Part shown: positions 28,017-38,009 of the stretch, one piece after another | Layout of the letters: each line of letters opens with the position of its first letter | Position numbering within the stretch: position 1 is the first letter of the stretch | Assembly (NCBI GenBank): GCA_964620445.1 | Contig: CAZUHB010000013.1 | Location: 5,077-69,076, forward strand | DNA from: an uncultured Phycisphaerales bacterium | GTDB lineage: Bacteria; Planctomycetota; B15-G4; CAYZWU01 | Length of the DNA: 64,000 nt | Direction of reading: 5' to 3' | Translations under genes and position numbers: made by a program | Notes under the pieces: generated by a model | Told to the model about the DNA's origin: nothing | The model's database searches: none | Seen by the model: only the letters and a program-made list of their open reading frames with translations

Positions 28017-29341
28017 GAGTCCTCACCTTTTCCCTGCTCCTTCTCGTCACGGCCGTCGCCTCTCCCCAGGACCGGATCGAGAGAGCCCGGCAGAAAATGG
28101 CCGACGCGAGGGTGAATCTCGACTCCGCCGAAAAGGCGCTGATCAAGGCGTACACCGTTCTGGAACTGGAGTACGAAAAGATATCGGGCCCCAACTGCCC
28201 CGACTTTCTCCGCACCCTCTCCGACGTCTGGGCCGGGCAGGAAAAGGAGATCAAGAAGATCTGGGGCAATCTCTCACGGCTCGGAAGACGGATCAGCGAG
28301 AGGCGGTTCGAGGAGGAGATTCATGACCTCCTTCTCGACAAAGCGTCCGACATCACCCGCGTCCCGCCTCAGCTCATCGTTCCTTTTCTGCGCCTCGCCA
28401 CGGCGACCGCCTATGACGCCATGCGGCATTCGGCCCCCTTCGGCAAAACGGAGATACTCCCCGAGCTGCAGAAGATCCTGACGATACGCACACCCTTTTA
28501 CGCGTTCTGGAACGAGAGTCTCCTGGCCGATATCGAGGAAGCGAAAGTCTTCGCCGAGGCGAACGATCGGTTTGCCGAGGCCAAGCACTCCGTGGACCGG
28601 ATCCTCCACCCCCATCGGTACGACTCGAGGGGCCGCCGTTCCCCGCCCGGAATGATCGTGGTCGAGGGCGGAAACTACACGTTGGGACCGAACACCGGCT
28701 GGGAGAAGAAACGGCGCAAGGTGAGGATCGCGGAGATGTTCATCGACAAGTACGAGGTAACGAACAAGGAGTTCAACATCTTCCTCCGCACCCTCGACGA
28801 GGATCTTCGCCGCAAGTACCTCCCTTATTTCTGGCCGGCCGACTCGCGCGGGCGGCGCTATTATCCGGACAAACGGGCCGACCATCCCGTGATCGGCGTG
28901 TCATGGGAAGCGGCCGATGCCTATGCGCGCTGGAAAGAAAAAAGACTCCCCACGGAGGACGAGTGGGAAGTCGCGGCCACGGGTGGGGACGGCCGCCTCT
29001 ATCCCTGGGGAGACCGTTTCGATGTCCACGCCTGCAACTCGCGCGAGTCGGCGCGGGGTGCCACCGCCGAGGTGGGCAGCTTTTCGAGTGGCGTGTCGCC
29101 CTTCGGATGCTATGACATGGCTGGCAATGCGGCGGAGTGGACGTCGACCGACCAGGACGGCAAGACGGTCGTGTTCACCGAGGGAGCGATCCTGAACGTG
29201 GCTATCCGGGGCGGCAGTTATCTCACGGACGCCTCGCGCGCCTCCTGTCGTTACCGATGGATGACTCCCATCAATCCCTACGAAGGGAGCAGACCATCGG
29301 CCAAGGCGATCGGTTTCAGATGTGCGAGGGACGCGCGATGA
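28013..29341 (+). CDS. Secreted FGE-sulfatase (formylglycine-generating enzyme) domain protein with N-terminal helical domain
   Basis: Signal peptide; C-terminal FGE/SUMF1 fold (HPVIGVSWEAADAYARW, YPWGD, GNAAEWT, RGGSY); ATGA overlap with the NMO stop. Confidence 0.75.
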   Translation: MRVLTFSLLLLVTAVASPQDRIERARQKMADARVNLDSAEKALIKAYTVLELEYEKISGPNCPDFLRTLSDVWAGQEKEIKKIWGNLSRLGRRISERRFEEEIHDLLLDKASDITRVPPQLIVPFLRLATATAYDAMRHSAPFGKTEILPELQKILTIRTPFYAFWNESLLADIEEAKVFAEANDRFAEAKHSVDRILHPHRYDSRGRRSPPGMIVVEGGNYTLGPNTGWEKKRRKVRIAEMFIDKYEVTNKEFNIFLRTLDEDLRRKYLPYFWPADSRGRRYYPDKRADHPVIGVSWEAADAYARWKEKRLPTEDEWEVAATGGDGRLYPWGDRFDVHACNSRESARGATAEVGSFSSGVSPFGCYDMAGNAAEWTSTDQDGKTVVFTEGAILNVAIRGGSYLTDASRASCRYRWMTPINPYEGSRPSAKAIGFRCARDAR

Positions 29342-29532
29342 ACGCGGTGCAGAAGACGGAATCCTTCGACTCGAGGCCCGGACGGCGTTCATGGGCGGCA
29401 GTTCTCGTTCTGCTGGGAGAGGCTCTGCTCGAGGGGATCAAGCTTCCCTTCAGGCTTGCCGTCTACTTGACAAGACGAAAAGCGATCACCCGTATGCTGC
29501 GTCAGATGCTCGAACGCAGCCGGGAGGCTTGA
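29338..29532 (+). CDS. Small hypothetical protein (64 aa) with hydrophobic core, coupled to the FGE gene
   Basis: ATGA overlap with the FGE stop; hydrophobic stretch AAVLVLLGEALL. Confidence 0.3.
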   Translation: MNAVQKTESFDSRPGRRSWAAVLVLLGEALLEGIKLPFRLAVYLTRRKAITRMLRQMLERSREA

Positions 29533-29617
29533 TCTCCGCGTCACGGCCGGCGCGCCGAAGGATCGCAACAGACGCGATCTATTTGATCTCGACGAAACGA
29601 CTTTCCGAAGGAGCGGA

Positions 29618-30739
29618 ATGCGCACATTCAGGCTACTGCACGAAGAAGAGGAGTTTTATCTTCTCGATGGCGAATCGGAAGACGAACAATGCCGTACGAT
29701 TACGGTTCTCGTCGCCTGCGACAGGGTTCCCGGTTTCGAGAAGACCCCCCACCTGGTCATCCCCACCGACAAGGGACAGCGCGTGGCGGTGGCGCGATGG
29801 ATCGACGATCGTGTCGAGGCTCTCGTCGAGTGTACACCGGCAAGGCTGAAGGTCTACAAGGCTATCCTGAAGAACTATCTCGAGGACTGCCTCGCGGGCG
29901 ACAGCACCAAGGGGGTTGCCTACTATTACGAAAAGCAAGGCAACGAGTTCGTCTATGACATCTCCCAGTCCCACCCGCACGGTCTGGTCATCAAGATTTA
30001 CAGCCGTAAAGACCTGGTACACAAACGAACGGCCGCGCACCTTTCGGAGGGCGGCCCGTTCGAGACATTCCAGACGAACGACCTCCGCGAGTTGCTGACC
30101 CGAGCGGCCAACGAAGGGTATGCGGGCGCGATCCTCGATGAAAGCGACCCGATCTATTTCTGCATCGACAGGAGCGAGGCTCTCCATTTCCTGCGCCTCT
30201 CTCAAAACCTGCACGACGAGATCGAGGAGACGCTCCTCGGGTCGCGAGGCGATTGGAGCGCACCTTTCGGAGACCTCGATCTCGAGATCGTCGAGAACCA
30301 GGACGTCTGCGACAGGATCATGATCCGGCGTCTGGGGGATATCCCCTTTCACCGGGAGGGGGCTGACGACGGAACCGTGGAGACCGTGTTCTGCGCCATC
30401 GAAAGGGCCGGCGAGCCGGGGCGGTTGATGGGTTTCGAGCTCGAAGAGAGTTCGTCGTCCACGAGCACGCAGAGCATGGCGGCCATCTTTCTCGACCGCC
30501 GCTCGGCTCTCGAATTCATGGCCGAACGCGAGCGGGACGACTTTACCTTGGTCGACGTCGATGATCTCGGTGCGCTCTTGCGAGCCGCCGATCGCGACGA
30601 TCTCACCGTTTTCCTCGAGCCGGGCAACCACCGGTCGGCGTCGGGAACTTTCTGGCTCAACGGGAACGACATCATTTTCGACTCCTTCTCGGGTTTCTGG
30701 AAGATCGACGCCTCGAACTCTTTTGTCCACCTCTCCTGA
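29618..30739 (+). CDS. Hypothetical acidic protein (373 aa), no recognisable domain
   Basis: Long ORF with good codon usage in the same operon; cytoplasmic; no motifs recognised. Confidence 0.6.
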   Translation: MRTFRLLHEEEEFYLLDGESEDEQCRTITVLVACDRVPGFEKTPHLVIPTDKGQRVAVARWIDDRVEALVECTPARLKVYKAILKNYLEDCLAGDSTKGVAYYYEKQGNEFVYDISQSHPHGLVIKIYSRKDLVHKRTAAHLSEGGPFETFQTNDLRELLTRAANEGYAGAILDESDPIYFCIDRSEALHFLRLSQNLHDEIEETLLGSRGDWSAPFGDLDLEIVENQDVCDRIMIRRLGDIPFHREGADDGTVETVFCAIERAGEPGRLMGFELEESSSSTSTQSMAAIFLDRRSALEFMAERERDDFTLVDVDDLGALLRAADRDDLTVFLEPGNHRSASGTFWLNGNDIIFDSFSGFWKIDASNSFVHLS

Positions 30740-30786
30740 TCGCCTTGGACGCGTGAGGAGATGAGCCAACGACTGCGGCACGATAG

Positions 30787-32019
30787 ATGAAAAAGAACTC
30801 GCAAATCACCAGGATACTCGACCTGGCCAGACAGGTTCCACCGGTCCCGTCGCTGTCGAGCGAGGCCGACGAAAGCGCCTTGCGGAATGCGTCCGACGCG
30901 ATTGCCGACCTCGCGGCGGGCGACGGGGCGATCGGCGGGGCCGAAAAAGAGCTCCTCTCCGAAGGTCCTCCCCTTCCTGTCGGGCAGATCCTGGCGATCA
31001 AGCTCGCCCGTTCGCTGTCGGCCGTGCGGGACCTTGATCGGCCGGCCACCCTGCGCGTCATCTTCGCCATGTACAGGGAACGGAACAGGATGCATCGGGC
31101 GGCGCGGCTCAACCCCCACGGCGAAGATTTCCTGCGAAACAAGATCGGCCAACTCGAACACCTCTTTGCCCGGAGCCCGGCGGACTGGACCCTCACCGCT
31201 GTCGACGACGGTTGTCCGGAGGGGAGCGGCCGCCTCGCGCAGGGGATCATCGAGAAATCTTTTCCCCACTACGCCGAGGCACGCAAGGTGGACGTTCTCT
31301 TTCTCGAGGAGGCGATCGCCGGGGGCGAACCGGAAGCGGCCGGGATTCCCGATGCGACGACGAGCACCAAGGGCGGGAGCATTCTCTACGGTCTCCGAAA
31401 ACTCGCTGCCCGATCCGAACCGGACGACGTGCTCCTCTTCACCGACGCCGACCTCTCCACTCATCTGGGGCAGGCGGGTTTCCTCATGGCGCCGATCGTG
31501 AACGGTCAAGCCGACGTCGTCGCCGGTTCGCGGCGCGAGACCGACTCGGCCCAGGTCAAATCCACCGCACGGAGCAGCCGCGGCAGGCTGTTCATTCACC
31601 TCTGGAAGCGGATGCTGCCCGTCCTGCGGGAGATCATCGATTCCCAGGCGGCGTTCAAGGCGTTTCGCGCGGGACCCATGAAAACCGTCCTGGCCGCCGC
31701 GAGCGAATTCGGTTTCGCCATCGACATCGAATTGCTCCTCCTCGCCCACGTGCAAGGTCTCGGGTTCGCCAAGTCGGGCATCTGCTGGATCGATTCGGAA
31801 ATCGAGTCATCGACCACCGGGCAGGAGACGCACCTGACAATGCTCAAATCGGTGGCCCAGTTCCGGCGGCGGCACTTGCCCCCCGACCTGCCCGGCGGCG
31901 AGATTGCGCTCATGGTGGAATCGTTCACCTTTGCCGAATGGAACGATTTGCTCGAAAATCCTCCCCCGGCGATACTGACCGCGTCGCTCGACCGGCTGGG
32001 CGATCCCGAAATCATGTGA
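30787..32019 (+). CDS. Divergent glycosyltransferase family 2-like protein
   Basis: GT-A-like elements VIFAMYRERN, VDDGCPEGSG and a DxD-like LLFTDADL, with insertions and a 60-aa N-terminal extension. Confidence 0.45.
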   Translation: MKKNSQITRILDLARQVPPVPSLSSEADESALRNASDAIADLAAGDGAIGGAEKELLSEGPPLPVGQILAIKLARSLSAVRDLDRPATLRVIFAMYRERNRMHRAARLNPHGEDFLRNKIGQLEHLFARSPADWTLTAVDDGCPEGSGRLAQGIIEKSFPHYAEARKVDVLFLEEAIAGGEPEAAGIPDATTSTKGGSILYGLRKLAARSEPDDVLLFTDADLSTHLGQAGFLMAPIVNGQADVVAGSRRETDSAQVKSTARSSRGRLFIHLWKRMLPVLREIIDSQAAFKAFRAGPMKTVLAAASEFGFAIDIELLLLAHVQGLGFAKSGICWIDSEIESSTTGQETHLTMLKSVAQFRRRHLPPDLPGGEIALMVESFTFAEWNDLLENPPPAILTASLDRLGDPEIM

Positions 32020-32112
32020 GGGCTCGAAAAAAACCGACCGGGAATCATATCCCGGCCGGCTCCCTCGGTATAACCCTCGCCTCGTTTCAGGAGGCGTTCG
32101 AAACAGTGCGAC

Positions 32113-33243
32113 TCATTCCGAGAGTCGTTCCAGGCATTCCGCTGCTGCTCGCCTCACAGATATCGGCAGATGTCCCGCCTTGCGGATCAGGTCGAGCTGT
32201 TTTCGGCTTTCGCGCGTGTTGATCCGCGCCAGCCCCAGGACAGCCGCCGTGCCGCCCTTGGAATCGTAGGCGTGGAGAGCGAGATCTCCCAGGGCGGCGA
32301 CCGCACCGCCCGTCCGGTCCGCCGTGAGCGCCGCGGCGGCAGCTTCCTGCACTCCGGCGAGCTTCATCCACATCACCCCCCGGATCGTGGCCACGCCCTT
32401 GCCGCGCCCCATGTTGCCGAGCACGTAGAGCACGTTGGTGCGTGTTGTTTTGTCGATTTTTCCGAAATCGGCGACCAGCGCGGCGGGCAGGCCCTCCTCG
32501 CTGCTCCCCGCCAGGATCGCGGCGATCTGATCCCGGTGGAAGCTCCCCGACGGACCGCGCACCGTGCTGATCAGCTCCCTTTCGAGGCCGGCGGGCCTCA
32601 CCTCTCCGAGCGCATCGAGAAGGCAGCGCTGGAGTTCGCAGTTCGGCGCTGTCTGGCGGAAACGTTCGAGCAGCCTCGTCCTGTCGAGCCCGTCGAGAAG
32701 CTCGAGGCTCCCCTTCGTTCGGACCGCGTCGATGAGGGTGCTGCGCAGAAGAGTGGGTTTCCCCTGGCCGAGTGCGATCCGGAGAAGTCCGGCAACGGCC
32801 TCGGACTGCTCTTCGAGATCCGCGTCGACCACCGAGGCTTGAAGCCGGGCCGCCTCGACCAGGAGCCGCCCCTCGTCGCCGCTGGCGCAAAGCGCGCTCA
32901 GCGGCGATGCCATGGCCATGTAGAGCGGCCCCGAGTAGGGCACCGCCGGAACGTGGCCGAGCTGGCGCAGAAAGAGGAGCATCTTGCCGTGGTCCTCGAG
33001 ATGGACGTGGTAGCAGACGTGGTTCGCCATGAGGATTCCGAAGGATCCTTCGGGCAGTGCGCCCTTGATCACCTCCGGACCGTCGAGACGGTAGAGATCG
33101 AAACCCCCGCCGTCCGCCCGCTCCTTGTGGAGCGTTCCGACCACGACGAGATCCGCCTCTGCAAGGTGAAAGCCGATCGAGTTGCCGCTCGCGGCCGCGA
33201 CCGCGAGCAGACCGATGGCGATGGACAGAATTCCCCTTTTCAT
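32113..33243 (-). CDS. Secreted HEAT/PBS-lyase repeat protein
   Basis: Signal peptide; repeated Ala/Leu-rich helical hairpins in the C-terminal half. Confidence 0.5.
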   Translation of the reverse strand: MKRGILSIAIGLLAVAAASGNSIGFHLAEADLVVVGTLHKERADGGGFDLYRLDGPEVIKGALPEGSFGILMANHVCYHVHLEDHGKMLLFLRQLGHVPAVPYSGPLYMAMASPLSALCASGDEGRLLVEAARLQASVVDADLEEQSEAVAGLLRIALGQGKPTLLRSTLIDAVRTKGSLELLDGLDRTRLLERFRQTAPNCELQRCLLDALGEVRPAGLERELISTVRGPSGSFHRDQIAAILAGSSEEGLPAALVADFGKIDKTTRTNVLYVLGNMGRGKGVATIRGVMWMKLAGVQEAAAAALTADRTGGAVAALGDLALHAYDSKGGTAAVLGLARINTRESRKQLDLIRKAGHLPISVRRAAAECLERLSE

Positions 33244-33292
33244 TTCCTCTATTCCCTTTTCCCCGTTATGTCCCCGGCGCCCGCAACCTTCC

Positions 33293-35923
33293 CTAATTGT
33301 TGTAGAACGCCTTTTCCTTCAAGTATGCCTGATTCAGCCTGTTGAACCGTGTTCCCACGGCGTTCGTGTAGGTGAAATTCGTTGACGGCGCCATGATGTT
33401 CACGTTCGGCGATTGAAAGAGCTCCGGATAGGACGACATGCTGATGTGGTTCGACGTCGATCCGGGAAAATTCAGATTGTCGCCGCCATAGAGACCGTTC
33501 GGCATCTTGCCGTTGACGGCCACGCCCATGGAGTGGCCCATCTCGTGCGAGCAGAGCACCGCAATGTAGCGCGCCAGCCGATCGACGGCCGTCAGGATCG
33601 CATCGCGCCGGATCGCGGCATCGCCCGTCACCGAGGGACCCGTACCTGCGATGTCCATGAGGATGTCGCTGTCGTACATGTGGGTTCCGACCGGATAACC
33701 GCGGCCGGGAATGAAATCGTCGAAGGTGAGCCGGAAGAGGCCGTAGTAGGAACCGTTCACCTCGTAGATGAAAATCCTCGTGGTGAAGATGCCGAGATTG
33801 GTCCCCGGATTGTAGGGGCTCGATCCCTTGTACAGGGTGTCGTTGTCCTGGTTCTTGTTGCACCGGTCGATGAACGCCACGCCGAGAGCGCCAATGTCGC
33901 TGTCGCCGCCGATCGCCATGAGCGATCTGGGAAAGGAATCATAGCTCACCTGCGGGGATTTCCCCGGAAACGACGCGGACTGGCAAATTCCGAAATCGAT
34001 GTTGGCCCCTTCGAAAATCACGTCCTTCAACTCGCTCTTGACCCCGTCGACGATCATCGTACGCATCAGCTCGTTCGAGTCGTACTCCGTGCCGGGAACG
34101 TCGATCGGATAGTCGCAGTTGAGGCCGAACAGCTTGAGATCTTCGTCGAAATCGGCTTTGCCGTTCGAATTCCTGGCAGCCGTCACCGAGATGTAGCTCG
34201 AACCAGAAATCGAAATGTTGTAAAGATCGCGCCCGAACACGAGAAACCACATCTGGCTCGAATTGACGGTGGTCCTGAACGGCCGCTGCGCTGCCGTGGG
34301 CGTTTTCACCCGGAACTGATAGACGGCCTGATCCGATTCGTTGCCGAGTATATCCTCGACCGTGGCGTTGACCGTCACCATTCCGGCCACGAAGGACATC
34401 CCCTCGGGCATCTCGAAGGAGGCGCCGTCCTCGTCGGCGATCACCTCGGTCAGATAGGGGACGAGGTTCGTCCCGGCCGGGATCGTGGTGCCGTCGTTGG
34501 CGGCCGGCACCGATGCGGTGAGCACGATGGTTTCGGGATCGACGCCGGCGCCGCCCTCGTCATGGTATTCGAGATCGAAACCGAAACCCATTCGCGGCAC
34601 CTGCATGGTGCCGCCCGCGGCGCCGTCGCCGTTCAGGCATTCGGGAACGTTGTTGACGGTGAGCAGATCGATGACCGGCTCCTCGTACTCCATGGCGATA
34701 ATGGTGACATAGTCGTCGATGCCGGGCGAAGCGGGCAGGTAAGCCGCGTTTCCCGCCAGATCGATCACGGCGTCGTTTTCGTGGGACACGTTGATCTTCG
34801 ACGATCCGAGTGTGAAGGACGGATTCCAGCCGAGGGTGATCATGAGGGCGTTCGGATTCGCCTCGAGAATCTGGATCGGCAGAGGAGATCCGAACCCGAG
34901 CGTATCTCCCGCGTACCAGAAATCGACATCGTCATCATCAAACACCGCACCGCCATCCGCGTCCATCCTCTCATCGAAGAGCAGGATGAGCGGCCAGCCG
35001 GTCTGCGGATTCCCCGATCCGTAGTAAACCGCGGCCTGCAGCTTGGGCAGGTCGTCGGGAATGCTGGCGCCATCGCCGTCCACCGTGGCCTGGGCCGTTC
35101 CATCGGATGCCGTGTCGATCTCGTTCTCGAGCAGGTCTCGAACGTTCGATACCGCGATCTCTGCAAGAGTACCGAAACGCAAGTTGGCCGAATCGTCCCC
35201 ATCGAGAATGATCGAGGTCATCTTTTCCACTGCATCGTAGGAGATGGTGGAACCGGACGGGATGGCCAGGGGATCACCCTGGGGATTCTCGAGGGAGAAA
35301 TTGGCCAGATCAACGGCGTCAGCGGCATTCACGGGCTCGTCGAAGATGATTTCGAGAATGTCGTTCTCTTCGTTCTTCACTGCCGTGGCCGTGAAAGCGT
35401 CAACCGCGGGAGAGTCCGAGTCGCCCCGGTTGTTGAGCACGATGATGAAGGGAGAGGTCGCCGCCTCGATCCCCTTGATCCGGATGCGGAGCTTGACGCA
35501 GTTCAGATTCACGTCCGGTAGATCGCCTATAGCGTCCGAGTCCCAGGCGAAAACATGATCCACTCCCCCCGGCCCGGCGGCGAGCGCGTTCAGCCCGTCG
35601 CTCGGATTCGGTTCGCCGCCGAGCGGATCGGTCAGATCCTCGGTGCAATCCGAGAAGGACTCGCCGCCGTCGGTAGAAAAATCGAGAGTGATGTTGGCCG
35701 ACGAGCGCTTGGCGCTGTAAAGTGTGTATTCAACGAGGATTGTACCATCTTGGTCGGGATCGGTCTCTCCAGACAGATCGCCGAAGGACGCAGAAGTTGC
35801 CGAGGATCGGCTCACCGGACCGTTTCCGCCGCCGCCTCCCCCGCCGCCGCAGCCCGCAAGTGATAGAATCATGGTTGCGATCGCCGCGAGCGCCCCGAGA
35901 TGATATGTTTGATTTGTCGTCAT
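33293..35923 (-). CDS. Large lipoprotein zinc metalloprotease (zincin, HExxH)
   Basis: Signal peptide plus lipobox LAGC, a Gly linker, beta-rich repeats, and a C-terminal HEMGHSMGV zincin motif. Confidence 0.65.
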   Translation of the reverse strand: MTTNQTYHLGALAAIATMILSLAGCGGGGGGGGNGPVSRSSATSASFGDLSGETDPDQDGTILVEYTLYSAKRSSANITLDFSTDGGESFSDCTEDLTDPLGGEPNPSDGLNALAAGPGGVDHVFAWDSDAIGDLPDVNLNCVKLRIRIKGIEAATSPFIIVLNNRGDSDSPAVDAFTATAVKNEENDILEIIFDEPVNAADAVDLANFSLENPQGDPLAIPSGSTISYDAVEKMTSIILDGDDSANLRFGTLAEIAVSNVRDLLENEIDTASDGTAQATVDGDGASIPDDLPKLQAAVYYGSGNPQTGWPLILLFDERMDADGGAVFDDDDVDFWYAGDTLGFGSPLPIQILEANPNALMITLGWNPSFTLGSSKINVSHENDAVIDLAGNAAYLPASPGIDDYVTIIAMEYEEPVIDLLTVNNVPECLNGDGAAGGTMQVPRMGFGFDLEYHDEGGAGVDPETIVLTASVPAANDGTTIPAGTNLVPYLTEVIADEDGASFEMPEGMSFVAGMVTVNATVEDILGNESDQAVYQFRVKTPTAAQRPFRTTVNSSQMWFLVFGRDLYNISISGSSYISVTAARNSNGKADFDEDLKLFGLNCDYPIDVPGTEYDSNELMRTMIVDGVKSELKDVIFEGANIDFGICQSASFPGKSPQVSYDSFPRSLMAIGGDSDIGALGVAFIDRCNKNQDNDTLYKGSSPYNPGTNLGIFTTRIFIYEVNGSYYGLFRLTFDDFIPGRGYPVGTHMYDSDILMDIAGTGPSVTGDAAIRRDAILTAVDRLARYIAVLCSHEMGHSMGVAVNGKMPNGLYGGDNLNFPGSTSNHISMSSYPELFQSPNVNIMAPSTNFTYTNAVGTRFNRLNQAYLKEKAFYNN

Positions 35924-36678
35924 CTTTGCCTTCCCCTTTTCTCAGCTTCCCTTATGTTCGGCGCGACAACCCGTTAGCTTTAGTTCATATGTACTTATTT
36001 CTTACTAATATTTTCCCTTCATTTAACTCACACGGTCAGCATCTATAAGTTCTTATATTTTAGTGTAGTTAAGAAAACACGGAATGTCCTTGAACTCGAG
36101 TCCTATCGAGATACTCTGAAGGTTTACTCACTCAGGATTACGGTGCCGAAAGGAGAAAATCCGCGAATAGACCGTGAACGGGCCTCCCGTGATGGTGGTT
36201 GATCGATCTGGGGAATATTTCGACGCGGGGCCGGAGGGGTATTCAGAGGTTGGGCCAAATGATCAATAAAAAATTACGCATCATAATCATATTCATTAAA
36301 AGCAGTAAGGACACCAATCCAAAATATCGGACGTAATTCTGGAAAAAAAATGCCCTTCAGGCCAATTAAAAGACTATAAAGTACAGTGTGTTCAACGTTT
36401 TCAATAGTGTAGATCGAACACCGAAATGCTCTTTATAAAACGATCAAACACAATCATCCGGACAAGGTTGTGTGCCAACACGTATAATCATTCCTTCTTC
36501 TTCTTCCCCTTTTCCCGAAAACTCCTTGGCCGGATGATTTTTTATTTTTGGACTTTCTTCCTGTACCTCCCTGAAAACAGATCCACATTACATCTTATTC
36601 CGAGTAACTTCGACCTGGACGGTGTGGCAGATCGCGTGGGATCGGTTCGAGGAGCTCAAGCCGCGTCAATTCCGATTC

Positions 36679-37149
36679 TCACAATATCCGATGTGAATGG
36701 CAAATCGCGATCGCCAGCGCATCGGTCTCATCGAGCGTCTCCTCGTCGACAGAGACACCGAGAATGACCTGGACCATCTCGCGCACCTGCTCCTTCGTGG
36801 CGTTTCCCCTGCCGGTGACCGCTTTTTTTACCTCTGCTGGTGTGTAGCTCTCCACTGGAAGGCCGGCAGCAGCCGCCGCCAGTACGATCACTCCGCGCGC
36901 CTCACCGATCTTGATCAGTGTGGCCGTGTTGGGACCGTGAAAGATGTCCTCCACGGCAACGACCTGGGGCGAGGTCTTTTCAATCACCTGGCTGACCCCC
37001 TGGTGGATCCGGTTCAGTTTCACGCTGAGCGCCTCCTTGGCCGGCGCCCGGATCACACCCGACGCGATCGGCTCGAGACGGTTTCCCTTCACATCGAGAA
37101 CTCCCCATCCCACGATACGCGTGCCAGGATCGATCCCGAGAATTCGCAT
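36679..37149 (-). CDS. ruvC: Holliday junction resolvase RuvC
   Basis: MRILGIDPGTRIVGWGVLD and the catalytic acidic residues; 156 aa. Confidence 0.9.
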   Translation of the reverse strand: MRILGIDPGTRIVGWGVLDVKGNRLEPIASGVIRAPAKEALSVKLNRIHQGVSQVIEKTSPQVVAVEDIFHGPNTATLIKIGEARGVIVLAAAAAGLPVESYTPAEVKKAVTGRGNATKEQVREMVQVILGVSVDEETLDETDALAIAICHSHRIL

Positions 37150-37303
37150 GTTGCCTCCCTAGAGGGTGCGTGGTAATGTCGAATCCGATCTAGAATTCGA
37201 CCATCGGAGAGATCATGCACTTCGCAGCGCGAAAAGAAAAGCCTGTGTTTTCCTCTGGCCGGAACCTCAAACGGGAGCAGACGGCGCGAGAGGAACGACA
37301 GCG

Positions 37304-38005
37304 ATGACAGGTCACGCCCCTTCCACATCAGTGGTCATCCTCGCGGCCGGCAGCGGAACACGCATGGGTGCCGAGAAGAACAAGGTTTTTCTCGACCTCG
37401 GCGGAGTCACCATTCTCGAGCACTCGTTGAGCTTGTTCGCCACGCTTCCCTTCGTGCATGAGATCGTGCTCGTACATGCCGCGAGGGATCGCGAGGTCCT
37501 GGAGGAATGCTTTGCGAGCCGTCTCGACGATCTCGGTGTGACGCGGTGCGTCGTCGGAGGGAACAGACGCGTCGATTCATCGAGAGCCGGTGTGGCGGCC
37601 TGCGACACGGCGTCCGATCTCATCCTCATCCATGACGCGGCCCGCCCCTTCGCGCCGGCGGCCGGAGTCGAGGCCGCTGTCCGGGCCGCGGCCGAGAAGG
37701 GCGCGGCGATTCTGGCGGTCCCTCTCGAGGACACTCTCAAGGAATCGAGCGATCACCGCACGATCGACAAGACCCTTCCGCGTGCCGCGCTGTACCGCGC
37801 CCAAACGCCGCAGGTTTTTCAGAACGCTCTGATCAGACGCCTGCTCGCCGAGGCGGGCGATCAGGATTTCACCGACGACGCGGCCCTGGTCGAGGCTGCC
37901 GGCAGACCGGTCGCGCTCGTTGCTGGCAGCGAACAGAACATCAAGATCACCACTCCAGGACACCTCGACCTGGCGCGGGCCATTTTCCGGACTGAGAGGG
38001 AATAA
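37304..38005 (+). CDS. ispD: 2-C-methyl-D-erythritol 4-phosphate cytidylyltransferase IspD
   Basis: VVILAAGSGTRMG and the downstream IspD motifs; real start inside the longer ORF. Confidence 0.85.
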   Translation: MTGHAPSTSVVILAAGSGTRMGAEKNKVFLDLGGVTILEHSLSLFATLPFVHEIVLVHAARDREVLEECFASRLDDLGVTRCVVGGNRRVDSSRAGVAACDTASDLILIHDAARPFAPAAGVEAAVRAAAEKGAAILAVPLEDTLKESSDHRTIDKTLPRAALYRAQTPQVFQNALIRRLLAEAGDQDFTDDAALVEAAGRPVALVAGSEQNIKITTPGHLDLARAIFRTERE

Positions 38006-38009
38006 CGCC

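Noticed and set aside
33413-35521. 702-aa plus-strand ORF
   Set aside because: Antisense to the zincin lipoprotein gene, which carries the signal peptide, lipobox and HExxH; this frame is an artefact.
36426-36767. 113-aa ORF in the AT-rich island
   Set aside because: Phe/Leu-rich translation of AT-rich DNA with no RBS, and it overlaps the ruvC 3' end.
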